Notes under the pieces: generated by a model
Seen by the model: only the letters and a program-made list of their open reading frames with translations
The model's database searches: none
What the model was told of the DNA's origin: nothing
Part shown: positions 1 to 11,101 of the stretch, piece by piece
Position numbering within the stretch: position 1 is the stretch's first letter
Layout of the letters: each line of letters begins with the position of its first letter
Assembly: GCA_965240325.2 (NCBI GenBank)
Contig: OZ251234.1
Location: 868,001 to 932,000 of the forward strand
Direction of reading: 5' to 3'
DNA: 64,000 nt
Source: Rebecca billardiae RCC1528
Lineage: Eukaryota; Protista; Haptophyta
Position numbers and translations under genes: made by a program

Positions 1-346
1 AACTTCGATGCGCGCGCAGAGGTGGCCGCCCGGACGCGAGAGCTCGCCCACGGACCTTGGCGGGGTGGCTTGGAAGAGGGTAGCTGAGCGCACGATCTCG
101 AGATTTCGCCGCTTCCGGCAGCCGCTGCGTAGCGGTGCCGCTCGCACGCGAGCCCAGCCCTCGCCGAGCGGCCTCTAAGATTGCTGACTGAGAGTGGCAG
201 CGCCGCACAGAGCGCGGTTGGCATCGAAGGGCGTCAGCAACTCGCCGCGAGCGACCGCCAGTGGCACCGGGCCAGCAAGTGGCGCGCTCAGTCGCAGGCG
301 CGAGTCGAGCCCTCGCTGCGCACGCACGCGCGCACGCACGCGCGCG

Positions 347-3033
347 ATGGGCGACCGCAGCGCCGTCCCGCTGGACCCGCTTCCCGATGCGCTCCCGCTC
401 GCCGACACCTTCGTCCCGCCGCCGCCGATCAGCGTGCCCACGAGCGCTCACGCGGAGCGCGCCGAGAAGCGCGCCGTGCTCTTCACCGCCGCCGAGGATG
501 GCTCGGGCGCGCCCGCGTTGAAGCGGCTTCGGCCGCTGCAGCTGGACACGGAGCTCGCGCTGATCGAGTCAGGCGCCACCGTCGACTCGCCCTTCGCGCC
601 GACCACGCCGGCGACGACCAAGGCGCGGCGTCGCACGCCGCTGCACGAGGCCATCGTGGCGGCGTCCGAGTCGGCGGTCGCCGCGGCGCTCGAGGTGGCG
701 GCGAGCGTGCCCTCCGTGCTTGACGCGAAGGACGAGCACGGGCACACGCCGCTGATCACCGCCGCCAGCCTCGAGGCCTCCGACGGCCTCCCGGCGCGGC
801 TCGTGCGCATGCTGCTCGAGCGCGGCGCGAGCGCCGACACATCCGACGAGAGCGGGTACACGGCGATGCACTGGGCGGCGGCGCTGGGCCACGTGGGCGT
901 GGTGCAGCTGCTCGCCGAGTCGAGCGCGCCGCTCGAGGCGCGCTCGAACGCGGGCGAGACGCCGCTCCACCGCGCCAGCCGGCTCGGCCACGCCGAGTGC
1001 GTGCGCGCCCTCGTGCGCGCGGGCGCGGACGTGCGCGCCCGCTCGCGGCGTTCCGAGGGCGCCGTGGAGGTGGCGGGGTGCTTCGAGGGGCGCGTGAACC
1101 CGAAGCTGCGGCAGAGCACGCTGCGCGCGCTCGTGCAGTGCGCGCCCGTGCTGCGCACCCTCGTCCTCTCGCACCCGGACTGCCAGCTGCACGCCACGCG
1201 GCCCGGCCACCAGGAGGCGCCGGGGAGAATCGGCGCGATCATGTCCAAGCTCACCTCCGCGCGCATCTTCGACAAGAGCGAGCTGAGCTGCCAGGCGGAG
1301 TTCGAGCCGGCGACGCGCGAGGCGCTGCTGCGCGTGCACTCCGCCGGCTACGTCGACTCGGTCTTCACCCTCGCCGCCTCGCTCGAGCGGCACCGGCTGA
1401 GCGCGCCGGTCGCCTTCACCCCGCACGTGCAGCACGCGCACGCGGCCGGCGCGTCGCCCAACGGCGAGCTGGCGGGCGGCGGCGGCGGCGGCGGCGGGCG
1501 GCGCGGGGGCGAGCAGGCCGCGCGCGGCTTCGACGTCCAGGCCTACGCCGCCGAGCTCGCCAAGCTCCACGCGCGGGAGGCCGAGGCACTCGCCGCCGCC
1601 GAGCCGCCGCCGCCGGCCCGCGCCGGTGACAAGCCGTCTGCAAGCGCTGGGCGGCGTACCGCCTTGCACCCGGCCCTGGCCGACGGGCCGACGGCGAACG
1701 CGGGCAGGCGCGCCGCGGCGAACGCAGCGCGCAACGCCGAGCGGCAGGGCGGGCAGACCGCGCAGACCGGCACGCCGCCCCCGCCCGGCGGCGAGGCGGG
1801 CAGCTCGGGCGCGGCCAAGGCTGCGGGCGACATGCTGGCCCCCAGCGCCCCGGCCGCGCGCGCGGCGAGCGGCGCGCCGGGCACGGAGGACAGGCGCTCG
1901 GAGTGCGGCGGCGCCGGCGCGGCTGCCGCGCGAACCGACGCCAAGGACGAGCCGCCCGCGATGCCGCAGCTCATGTCGCAGGTCTCCTCCGACACGTCCT
2001 TCTCCAAAGGCGCGCGCCGCGACGCGCCGCGCGGCGCCGCGCTCGCTCCGCGCGACGCCGCGCTTGGCCCGTGTTCACGCGCGCCCGCGCTCGCCGCGCG
2101 CGCGCCCACCGACACGCCCGCGGTGCGCCGCGCCGGGTCCGTCGCGCAGGCTCTCTCAAGGCCGCGCTCCGCGCGGCCGGCAGCGCGATCGCCGCGGTGG
2201 ACGCGGTCGTCGGCGGCCAGTACCGAAACGCATTCTGCGCGGTGCGTCCGCCCGGCCACCACGCCGGCCGGGACGGGCTAATCGAGGGCGCGTCCTCGTG
2301 CGGGTTCTGTATCTTCAACTCGGTGGCGGTGGCGGCGCTGCACGCGCTGAGCACGCACGCGAGCGTGCGCCGCGTCGCGATCGTCGACCTCGACGTGCAC
2401 CACGGCAACGGCACGCAGGACGTGCTCTCGCGCCTGCCCGCCGAGCAGTGGCCGCGCGGCGCGGACGGCTCCCGCAAGGACGTCTTCTTTGTCTCGATGC
2501 ATCTGTACGACACTAACTCCTCGCTCGACGTGGGCGAGTATCAGTTCTACCCGGGTGCGTGCGCGCGCGGGGTGGGGGGGTGGAGGAGCCGTCGCGGCGG
2601 CGCCGCCGCACGCCCGCGCGCCTGACCGCCTGCGCCGCCTGGCCGCGCGTGCGCTCGCCCTTGCCGCCCCGCCGCCCGCCCGCCCGCCCGCCCACCCGCC
2701 AACGCGTGACGCAGGCTCGGGCGCCGGCGAGCACGAGGACCTGTTCAGTAACTGCCTGAACATCGCGCTGCAGCCCCTCTGGGCTTCGACCAAGCCGACC
2801 GCCGCGGCGCTTGCCGAGCAGCAGGAGAGGGCGGCAGCGGCGCAGGCGGCGCAGGCGGCGCAGGCAGCGGACGGCGCAGCCGCCGCACCGCCGAGCGGGC
2901 AGCAGGCGGGCGCGGCGCCGAGCGGGCGCGACACCCCCGTCTCAGGCGGCTCGGGCGCTGCCTCCGCCGTGGCTCCCTCCGCCCCCGGCGCTGCAGCCGG
3001 CGCGGGAGCCGCTGGAGCTGGCGGCGGCGGAGC

Positions 3034-3067
<34 letters not shown>

Positions 3068-3650
3068 ACCGGAGGGAACAGCGCTCACGGCCACGGACGC
3101 GGGCGGCGCGCGCCTGCGCTCGAGCCGCTGCCAAATGCGTGCGGCCGCGTGCAGTACAGGCAAGCCTTCAGCCAGCGGCTGCTGCCCGCCCTGCGCGCCG
3201 CCGCGCCCGACCTGATCCTGATCTCGGCGGGCTTCGACGCGGGCAAGCGCGACGTGGGCAATTCGCGACTCTTCTCCGATGACAGGTGCGCGCAGCTCGC
3301 GCGCGGCGCGCGCGGCGCGCAAGCCGTGCGCGCGCTCGTGCGCGCACGGCGGATGCTGATACGAGGAGCACACCCGCGCGCACTCTCGGCGCAGGTACTG
3401 CCAAGGCGCCGACCTCGAGGGCCACGACTTCTCGTGGCTGACCGAGCAGCTGCTCGGCGTGGCCAACATGGTGTGCGACGGGCGCGTCGTCTCAGTCCTC
3501 GAGGGCGGCTACGGCCACTACGAGCTGAGCGTCGGCAGGACGATGGGCATTGAGCCGTCGAGCCTCGCCGAGAACGTCGCCGCGCACGTGCGAGCACTGG
3601 TGGGCAGGCCGCTCTCGAGCGCGCCGACGAAGACGCACTCGCGCTCCTGA
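347..3650 (+). CDS. Ankyrin-repeat + class II-type histone deacetylase; exons 347-2009, 2150-2554, 2715-3285, 3395-3650
   Basis: N-terminal ankyrin motifs (TPLHEA, GHTPLITA, GYTAMHWA, GETPLHRA). HDAC motifs HQEAPGRI, LLRVHSAGYV, DTSFS/AALRAAG, RPPGHHA, DLDVHHGNGT, SAGFDA, VLEGGY. Three introns (GC-AG 2010-2149; GT-AG 2555-2714 and 3286-3394) join the frames. Confidence 0.9.
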
Positions 3651-3953
3651 CTGGCAAGTCGGCGTGCGGCGGATCGATACGATCGCCGCGGGATGTTCGG
3701 ACTCGGACTTCAGCTGGGCTCCGCTTCCGTGGCCGAGTGCCCGCGGGACGCGGTCCGTGGCTCCGACTGCCCGCTCCTAAGGGTGCGGCTCCGACGATGC
3801 CGAGTCTGGCCTGACTGGTCCCGGGGTCCTCCCGCTACTCTGAATACGACGACTCCATATATATATCAGATCACCCCGCGCGCGGCGCGCGCTATCATAT
3901 CACAGATTCATATTCAATGACATAGCAGTGACATAACACTCATTCGGAGTGAC

Positions 3954-6606
3954 CACAGTGCGCTACCCGGCACCGAAAGTTGAATTGGCAGAATCGGCCG
4001 ATTCCGCGATCAGGGACGTTTTCGCGGAGGCCGGCCGCCATCGCTGGCGCAGCCATCCGCGCGCGAACACGCGCGCGCAGCGACGCCAGCCGCATGGCGT
4101 GCGCCAAGACGGGGGGCGGCTGAGTTCTGCATCGCCTACGCTCGTTCGGGCTCGCGGGTTATGCCTCCCATCGCGGCCGCCTCCGTCCGCCTTTGACCAG
4201 AGTGCGCGTGCAGGTGCGCCAGCAGTCTGCGACATCGCCTCCCGCGCGCCGCGCCACACCGCGGCTGACAGGGGGGTCTAGGAGGGAATCGCAGAAAGTT
4301 ACGTGGCTGAAATTGTTCGGTGTACACGCATCATCAAACCTAGCACAGCTGCGTTTCGCCGTTGACGAGCTGCACCCCCCCCTCAATTCGCGGGCTCTCC
4401 GCGCTCGCTTCGCGAGCAGGAACATCTGAGATCCGCACGCGAACATGCGCGCGCAGAGACGCCAGCCGCATGGCGTGCGCCAAGACGGGGGGCGGCTGAG
4501 TTCTGCATCACCTACGCTCGTTCGGGCTCGCGGGTCATGCCTCCCATCGCGGCCGCCTCCGTCCGCCTCTGACCGGAGTGCGCGTGCCGGGTGCTCGGCA
4601 GCCTGCGCGCGCACCTTGCGCGCGCCGCGCCACACGGCGGCTGACAGCGGGGTCTAGGAGGGCATCGCAGAAAGTTACACGGCTGAAAGTGTTCGCTGTA
4701 CGCGCATGACCAAGTGCATCACAGCTGCGTTCCACCGTTCACGAGCTGCACCCCCTTCCATTCGCAGGCGCGCCGCGGCCGCGCTCGCGCAGGCGCATGG
4801 GATCCACGTGTTGGCTCGATCATCGGGATCAAGCGGGCTGCGCAGGCAGTGGGCTGGCGTACGAGCTCACTACACGCGCAGTGTCAGAATACGCTGCATC
4901 AGATGTGCCCCGTCGGCTGTGCTGCTGAGCATACGGCACACGACGGGCACTCGAGCAGTGTGGCTGGCGATGAGCCCGAGCATCCCAGCTGGCGTGCGAG
5001 TGGCTTACTGGGCGCAGCTGATGCACGAGCACCCTGCGTTGCACACCGAAGGTGCCAGAAGCACGCGTTCTTGCCATCCAGTCGTATCGTCCGGCCCCCA
5101 TGCGCTCAAGGCGGGGGAGGAGATCTGCACGCGTACGCGCGCGCTGGAGATTCCCGAGGCCGCGCATCTGGGCGCTCGGGTTGCCTCCACAGGGGCACCT
5201 GAGCTTGACTCGAGGGCTGAGTGGAGCAGGCGACGAAACACGCACGACGAGTGGCCGGCGTGATTGTCTGGGGTCTCCTCGTGGCGCGCTTGCACGTTTT
5301 CGGCGCATCACCACTGTGCTGACTTCGCGGCGGCGCCCCGACCGCGCCCCGAGTGACCGTGTCATCGGCTGACCCGCTGACTGCACCGTACGTCCGTACC
5401 AGGCGCAGCTGAGACTCGCGCAGAGTAGCGCGGCGCCTATGGCTATAGCCCGGTCGTAGCTTGCGCGTATAGGAGTAGCAGTTGTCGTCATGCGACCTGC
5501 TCGCCTGCTGCGCTAATAAAATTTGATGACTGGCCGCCCGCGGACCAAACCTACTGTGCGCACGCAGCAGGATTCCACTTCCAGCGACGCGGGCAGCGTG
5601 CCCGCGCGTCGACCCGACGGCCAGCAGTCAGCTCGAGTCGCGTCGGCGGACGGCTGGCTGGCGGATGAGTCGGCAGGCTTGGGGAGCCCGCGGGCGCGGC
5701 ACGCCACGCTGATTGCATGCTGCTGTAGTTGCGCATCGCCTCTTCGTAGACGCGCTGCCTCACTCTCAGCTGAGCTCGGGCCGCCGGGTGCGACGACGGC
5801 TGGCGGGAGCCGCTGACAGTGACGTCATGACGACCGACCGCGAACTCCGACCTGGCTGACGGCAGCGCGAGCAGCGCAGCACGGCGCGGCGCGATGCGAT
5901 CTGCGGCGCGGCGTGGCGGTGGGCCCGCGTGACACGCTGCCAGCGCCACTGGCGTGCGAGACCCCGCCCCGTCTCCGCAGCGCCGCGCTCACATGTGACC
6001 ACGACCTGCACAACACGGGCCGTGGTCAGAAAGCCGTCGCGCGCGCGTTCATTTACGCGGCACCTTGGTGCTGAGCGCCAGCCGAGAGGTAGTGGCGACG
6101 ACGACATCCACTCCAGGTCGATGTGCACCTGCGTCTGTGCCCGGGTGCCGCTGGGATGCGATTGAGGATGAGATTGCGGCAGCATGCCCTGATATGAGCA
6201 GCGGTCAGTTTGGAGAGCGTGAGTCGTGCCAGCACGCGAGAGCAGACGTGCACGTTTCGAGCAGCCGAGCTGGACCATGAAAGTCAGCAATCCAGCGCGC
6301 ATGCCGCGCACCCGAAAGAGCCGACCATCTCCGCATGCTCAGAGCAGCCGGCGGCGCGCTCGCAGAGTCGCTTCGGAGTCGCTTTGCGGCCGTCTCGGCG
6401 CGTGTCATGTGGAGCTGCTCTCGAGGCGAAGGAGGAGGAAGGCGTTGATCAGCGCCGCTGAAGACTAGGACTAGGCTCTCTCGCGAGGTCCGCCGCGCGG
6501 TCTACGCCGCCGATCACGGCCTCTTTGAGGACGGTCGGCCAGCGCGCGCGTCGGCAGCCATCGTGACGCCTCTCATTCAACTTTCGGCCCGTGTTAGCGC
6601 ACTGTG
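3954..6606. mobile_element. Non-autonomous DNA transposon with 32-bp bipartite TIRs beginning CACAGTG (CMC/Transib-like termini), 3-bp TSD GAC
   Basis: Left end CACAGTGCGCTA-cccggca-CCGAAAGTTGAAT (3954-3985). Right end reverse complement CACAGTGCGCTA-acacggg-CCGAAAGTTGAAT (6575-6606). GAC flanks both ends. No recognisable transposase inside. Confidence 0.8.
4055..4800 (+). repeat. Diverged tandem duplication, period 376 bp, inside the TIR element
   Basis: 4055-4430 vs 4431-~4800 share long near-identical blocks, e.g. GACGCCAGCCGCATGGCGTGCGCCAAGACGGGGGGCGGCTGAGTTCTGCATC. Confidence 0.9.
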
Positions 6607-7228
6607 GACAGCATACTCAGAGTGAACAGAGTCGTCGCGTCACTACTGCTGTTACGGATATACTTATAGATCGAGTTAGTAGAGGCGCCTGGCCGGCTGG
6701 CCGCGCCGCCGCCTGGCAACTATGCTGTGACTGGGTCTGGCACTGGCACTCACTCAGTGACAGTGGCAGCGCGCCTGCCACGACGATGCCTCACAGTCAC
6801 AGTCAGTCCGCCACTGACAGATAGTAGCTATAATGCCTATATCAGCACGCGTTATTGGCGGTTCGGCTCGGGTGCCGAGCGCCGCCGACGAGCGGGAAGA
6901 GCGCCAGGGGAGGGTGCGCTGGCGCGGGCGGGGTGTTAGGAGGCGCACGCTGAGGCGGCCCACTGAGGGAGTCTATCGTGTTATAAATCGTCGACGAATT
7001 TCATCATTAATTCGTAACTGACGAGCGATCGATATGCCGATATATCATCGTCGACTGTCGAGACTCGAGTCATAATAATCAGCGCATCATCAGAATCGTC
7101 ATCGTCTGCTGATCAGACTGATGAGCGCTGCTCATGAGCCGGATGAGATCGACTCGCTCAGCAGGTTCCGCATGATCCGGAGTAGCTACTTACTTACTTC
7201 AACTTGTTAATTAATAGTACGCGGACTC

Positions 7229-8530
7229 CTAGAGGGCACCGTCCGCCCGGGAGCTGGCGTCGCCCTTGAGCTTGGTGTGGCGGCCGCGGCTGTCCACGTG
7301 GTAGCGTTCTATGACGTACGGGTCGGAGCAGTGAACCACGGTGTAGTTGTTGTGATCCTTGGCAGCGCCGCTGTCCTTGCTGAAGACGAACGCATCTGAG
7401 AGCCACTGCTGCTGGCTGAGCGACGTCGCTTGAGCGAACCAGCGTGACTCCCAGAGGCCCGTCATCGGCGAGACCATGAGGAACAGGTTGACGAGGAGCC
7501 AGAGCGCCAGGCTGACGAGCGCGAACACGTACTCGAAGGCGAAGACTTGGTCGTCGTCGTCGGACGTCCCCAGCCGGAGCGCGTCGGGCACGGCGCTCTT
7601 GCCGTCCTCCGTACGCACGTCGGCGTGCACAAAGATGAGCACGCTCATGATGAGCAGGATGAGCAGGCCGCCGTTCATCACCTGGTCGAGCACCGTCGCG
7701 TAGCTCTTCTTCGGCACCTCCGAGACCAGCGTGAAGCGGAAGGCGACCACCGTGAGCAGCAGCGTGAGCGAGATGGAGCAGCGGTCCGCCACCTCGTCGC
7801 GCGGCACCAGCACGACGTTGGCTGTCATCAGCACGATCAGCATGTGCGGGAGGATGAGGTTGATGCGGTACCAGAACGAGTCGCGCCGCGCCTCGATCGT
7901 CATGAAGCACCGGTGGTACGCCCGCCCGGACGTCGCGACGAGGCCCAGCGCCTTCGGGTCCGGGAGCACCATCATCGGCCGCTCCTCGTTCAGGGTGCTC
8001 CACCGCGTCGCGCGGCTGCGCACGACGCTGGACCGGCCGGGGTAGGGCACGAAGATCACCTCGGTGGTGTCCTGGTACGTGCCGAGGTGCACGGCGAGCA
8101 GCTGCTTGTCGAACGGGAAGTGCTGCAGCTCCAGCGCCTCGGAGAGCTCGACGCGCATCTTGGAGAAGCAGTGCATCTGGCCGCGCGACTGGTCGATGCA
8201 AATCGTGATCTCGCTGACCACCTCGCTCCGATCGGTCACGTTCCGAATGTAGAGCTTGGGCCGCCAGCAGTTCGTGACGAGCGCGTCGTACCGCTCCGTC
8301 CCCTTCTTCGGCGCGCCAGCGGCTCGGTACTGGTCCACCCAGCCCTTTGCGAGCCACGTGTACTTGATGTCGAGCTCGACGTAGAACGACTCCATCGCGT
8401 CGTTCACCGAGTTGAGCGTCATCTCGAAGCTGATGCCGACCTCGCCCGGCGCCAACTGCCCGCGCGATTGCGCAGGGGGAACACTCAACGTTCTCGCCGA
8501 GCTCGCGTGGCCAACCTTCACGACGGACAT
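7229..8530 (-). CDS. Pentameric ligand-gated ion channel subunit (Cys-less/Pro-loop type)
   Basis: WRPKLYIRN, LQHFPFDKQ Pro-loop, pre-M1 RR..FWYRINLILP, four TM helices with M2 DRCSISLTLLLTVVAF and M2-M3 loop VPKKSYATVLD. ATG at 8530. Confidence 0.88.
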   Translation of the reverse strand: MSVVKVGHASSARTLSVPPAQSRGQLAPGEVGISFEMTLNSVNDAMESFYVELDIKYTWLAKGWVDQYRAAGAPKKGTERYDALVTNCWRPKLYIRNVTDRSEVVSEITICIDQSRGQMHCFSKMRVELSEALELQHFPFDKQLLAVHLGTYQDTTEVIFVPYPGRSSVVRSRATRWSTLNEERPMMVLPDPKALGLVATSGRAYHRCFMTIEARRDSFWYRINLILPHMLIVLMTANVVLVPRDEVADRCSISLTLLLTVVAFRFTLVSEVPKKSYATVLDQVMNGGLLILLIMSVLIFVHADVRTEDGKSAVPDALRLGTSDDDDQVFAFEYVFALVSLALWLLVNLFLMVSPMTGLWESRWFAQATSLSQQQWLSDAFVFSKDSGAAKDHNNYTVVHCSDPYVIERYHVDSRGRHTKLKGDASSRADGAL

Positions 8531-8901
8531 CGCACCGGGGCCGAGGCAGCGGGAGAGCGGCGGGAGAGCGGCGGCTCGCTTTTCTCGCGGTCGCCCGGCC
8601 AACTTGAAACTCTCAACTCCACGACGAAGACGACGGCCCTTGGAAGATCAAGACGACGACTGTTTTGGCGGGCGTCAATATCTCAAGTAAACTGGAAAAC
8701 TCAAAACTGTACGCACGCCGGACGCGTTTAGAAAGCACGAAACGCATCGCGGATGCGCGGTGGGCAGCCGGACTCTTCATGAGCACCAGTGCTGTGCTCT
8801 GGTGAGCTGCGCCCGGTGACTCGTACAGTACAAGCATACGGAGCTTGACGACGAGATGCCGTCCACCCACTGTCACGCTTGACGTCCGCCGCGGTACCTA
8901 C

Positions 8902-9425
8902 TTACGGCCTGCGGTGAACGCCGGCGCGAAGGCCTCGCAGCGTGTGCGCGCAGCTCGCCGCCGCCCTGAGCTTCACGTCCGTGTCGTAGGGCGGCACGAA
9001 CTCGCGCACGTCGTGCGCGCGCGCGCCCGCGAGGAGCAGACGCTCGATGCACAGGTCCATCGCCTCGAGCGGCGCGGGGGCGCTCGGCGCGGGGGCGCTC
9101 GGCGCGCCGTCGTGGAGGCAGCCTCGTGCGCGCGCGATGCGCTGCTCAGCGGCCATGACGCGCGCGATGCGAGCGGCGCGCGCCGCCTGCGCAGCGGCAA
9201 AGGCGGGTGGGACCGGCGCCGGCCGCGCCGGTGCCGAGGGCACGATGGGGGGCGCGGTCGCGGCGTGCGTCGGCGGCGGCTGGGAGTGCGCCGCGCGAGC
9301 GGATGGGCGCTCGGCCGGCGTGGCGTCCTCAGCCTCCGCGAGCCGTGGGCCGCGCCCATGCTCGCCGCGCCCAGCCTCGGCGCCGACCTGCGCGCCAGCC
9401 GCACCCATGCCGCCCTCGCCGCCCG

Positions 9426-9460
<35 letters not shown>

Positions 9461-11001
9461 GCGCCGCCCTCGCCGCCCGCGCCGCCCGCGCCGCCCTCGC
9501 CGCCCGCGCCGCCCGCGGCGCCCGCGCCGCCCGCGGCGCCCGCGGCGCCCGCGCGGCCCGCCAGCGCCAGCACGTCGTCCGCTGTCTCGCACACGAGCGC
9601 AAACGGAAAGTCCACACGCGGCTTCGAGCGGCGCGCGACGGCGCGCACGATCCCGTCGGTCGCGGCGCCCGGTTTGGGCAGGCTGGGGAGGGGCCCGAGC
9701 CGGAACTCGAAGGGCGGCGGCGGTGCTGCGAGGGGCGCCGCGCTCGGCTCGCGCTCGGGCGTGCGCTTGCGCTTACGGCCGGCACGCCGCGCGCCGAGCG
9801 CGCCGCTCGCGCTTGCGGCGCCGCCCGGCTCGGGCTGGGTCGGGATAAAGGGCTGCAGCATGAGCACCGCCCCGACGAGCTCGCGCATGCGCGCGCGCAC
9901 GTACCGCGCCGAGAGCCCCAGCGCGCGCGAGCACGCCTCGGTCGGCGCGACTGGCACCGCGTGCTCCGTCAGGCAGATGAGAAGCGCGGCCGCGCTGAGC
10001 ATGAGCGGCGAGCGGCCCTCGACGAGTCCAAACGCGGACGCGATGCGCACGAGCGCGCGCGCGCGGCGGCAGACCGTGTGGCGGAGCACGTCGGCGGCGG
10101 CGGGGAGCTGGTGCTCGAGGGCTCTCAGCGCGCGCGTGTCCGCGTCGGCCTCGCCGCCGCCCTCGCCCGGCTCGGGCTCAGCAGCCACCGTCGCGGCGCG
10201 CGCGAGCTCGAGCGCGCGCCCGCTGCGCACGAGCGCGCGAATGCGCGCAGCGTCGTCGGGCGCTCGGAGCGTGGAGGCGGAGGTGGGCGTGAGGAACTCG
10301 CACGCCCGCGCGTCCACGAGGGCAGACGCCATCCGCTCGATGTACACCGCCGGATCCGCGGCGAGCTGCCCGTGCGCGCCCCCCCACAGAGTCACCGCGC
10401 TGGGCGGTGCCGCGCCGTCGTCGACGGCGGCGCCCGAGCCGCCGCCGGCGGTCTCGGCCGACGGGGCGTTGCGCTCGAGCTGCTCGACGGCCAGCTTGGC
10501 GCGGAGCTTGCAGAGCTTCCCAGGGGACGAGCGGCAGCACGCGGCCACGTCCTTCAGCGTGATGGGCATCTGCTCCTGCCGCGCGACCGTGTGGATGAGC
10601 ACACCCACGAGAAGCTCGAGGCTGCGCTTGCCGCCGCTGATCTGGGGCAGGGCCCGCGCGACCAGCGCCGAGACGCGCTCCTGGCCCCAGCGTGGCATGC
10701 CCAGGGTCTCTGCTTGGCGGCGCACCTCGGCACGCAGCATGTGCCTCGCCTTCGACCGCTGGTCCGCGCCGACCGCGCCGATCGAGCTGGCCGCCACAGC
10801 CGCGTGTGAGTCGACGCGCGAGCCGAGGGCCGCGATGCGCGTCCTGCCGCCGTCCTGCACCTCGCCAAACTCCTCCTCGATGTGCAAGATCTCCGTCCCG
10901 AGCACCGCGCCGCACAGCATGCACAGGGTATGAGCGCCCTCCTCCGTCAGCTCGGCGTGCGAGCACGTTGCCTCCCATCGGTCTTCCATCGGGTCTTCCA
11001 T
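8902..11001 (-). CDS. TFIIB-family factor (BRF-like) with N-terminal Zn ribbon and cyclin-fold repeats
   Basis: CSH...LCMLCGAVL..EEEFGE zinc ribbon; RQEQMPITLKDVA and GLVEGRSPLMLSAAALLI cyclin-repeat motifs; low-complexity C-terminus. Confidence 0.75.
9410..9550 (-). repeat. 9-bp-based coding minisatellite encoding (GEG/GAG)n in the BRF-like gene
   Basis: Repeated GCCGCCCTC/GCCGCCCGC units giving GGEGGAGGAGGEGG... Confidence 0.85.
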
Positions 11002-11101
11002 CGTGCTTCAGCCACCCGTCGAGAGCGTAAGAGCGCGACTCGACGAGTCCGCCGCGTGCGCGTCCCCGCTGTCGCCGCACGCGTCACGGCCGCCTCGCGC
11101 C

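Noticed and set aside
4706-6468. Short ORFs inside the CACAGTG element as a transposase
   Set aside because: No DDE, zinc-finger or other recognisable motifs, and the frames are fragmented.
8845-10933. Long antisense/alternative-frame ORFs (e.g. 8845-10809, 9047-10933, 51148-53646, 37768-39399)
   Set aside because: These are Arg/Ala/Pro-rich shadow ORFs expected opposite real genes in ~70% GC DNA, with no domain motifs.
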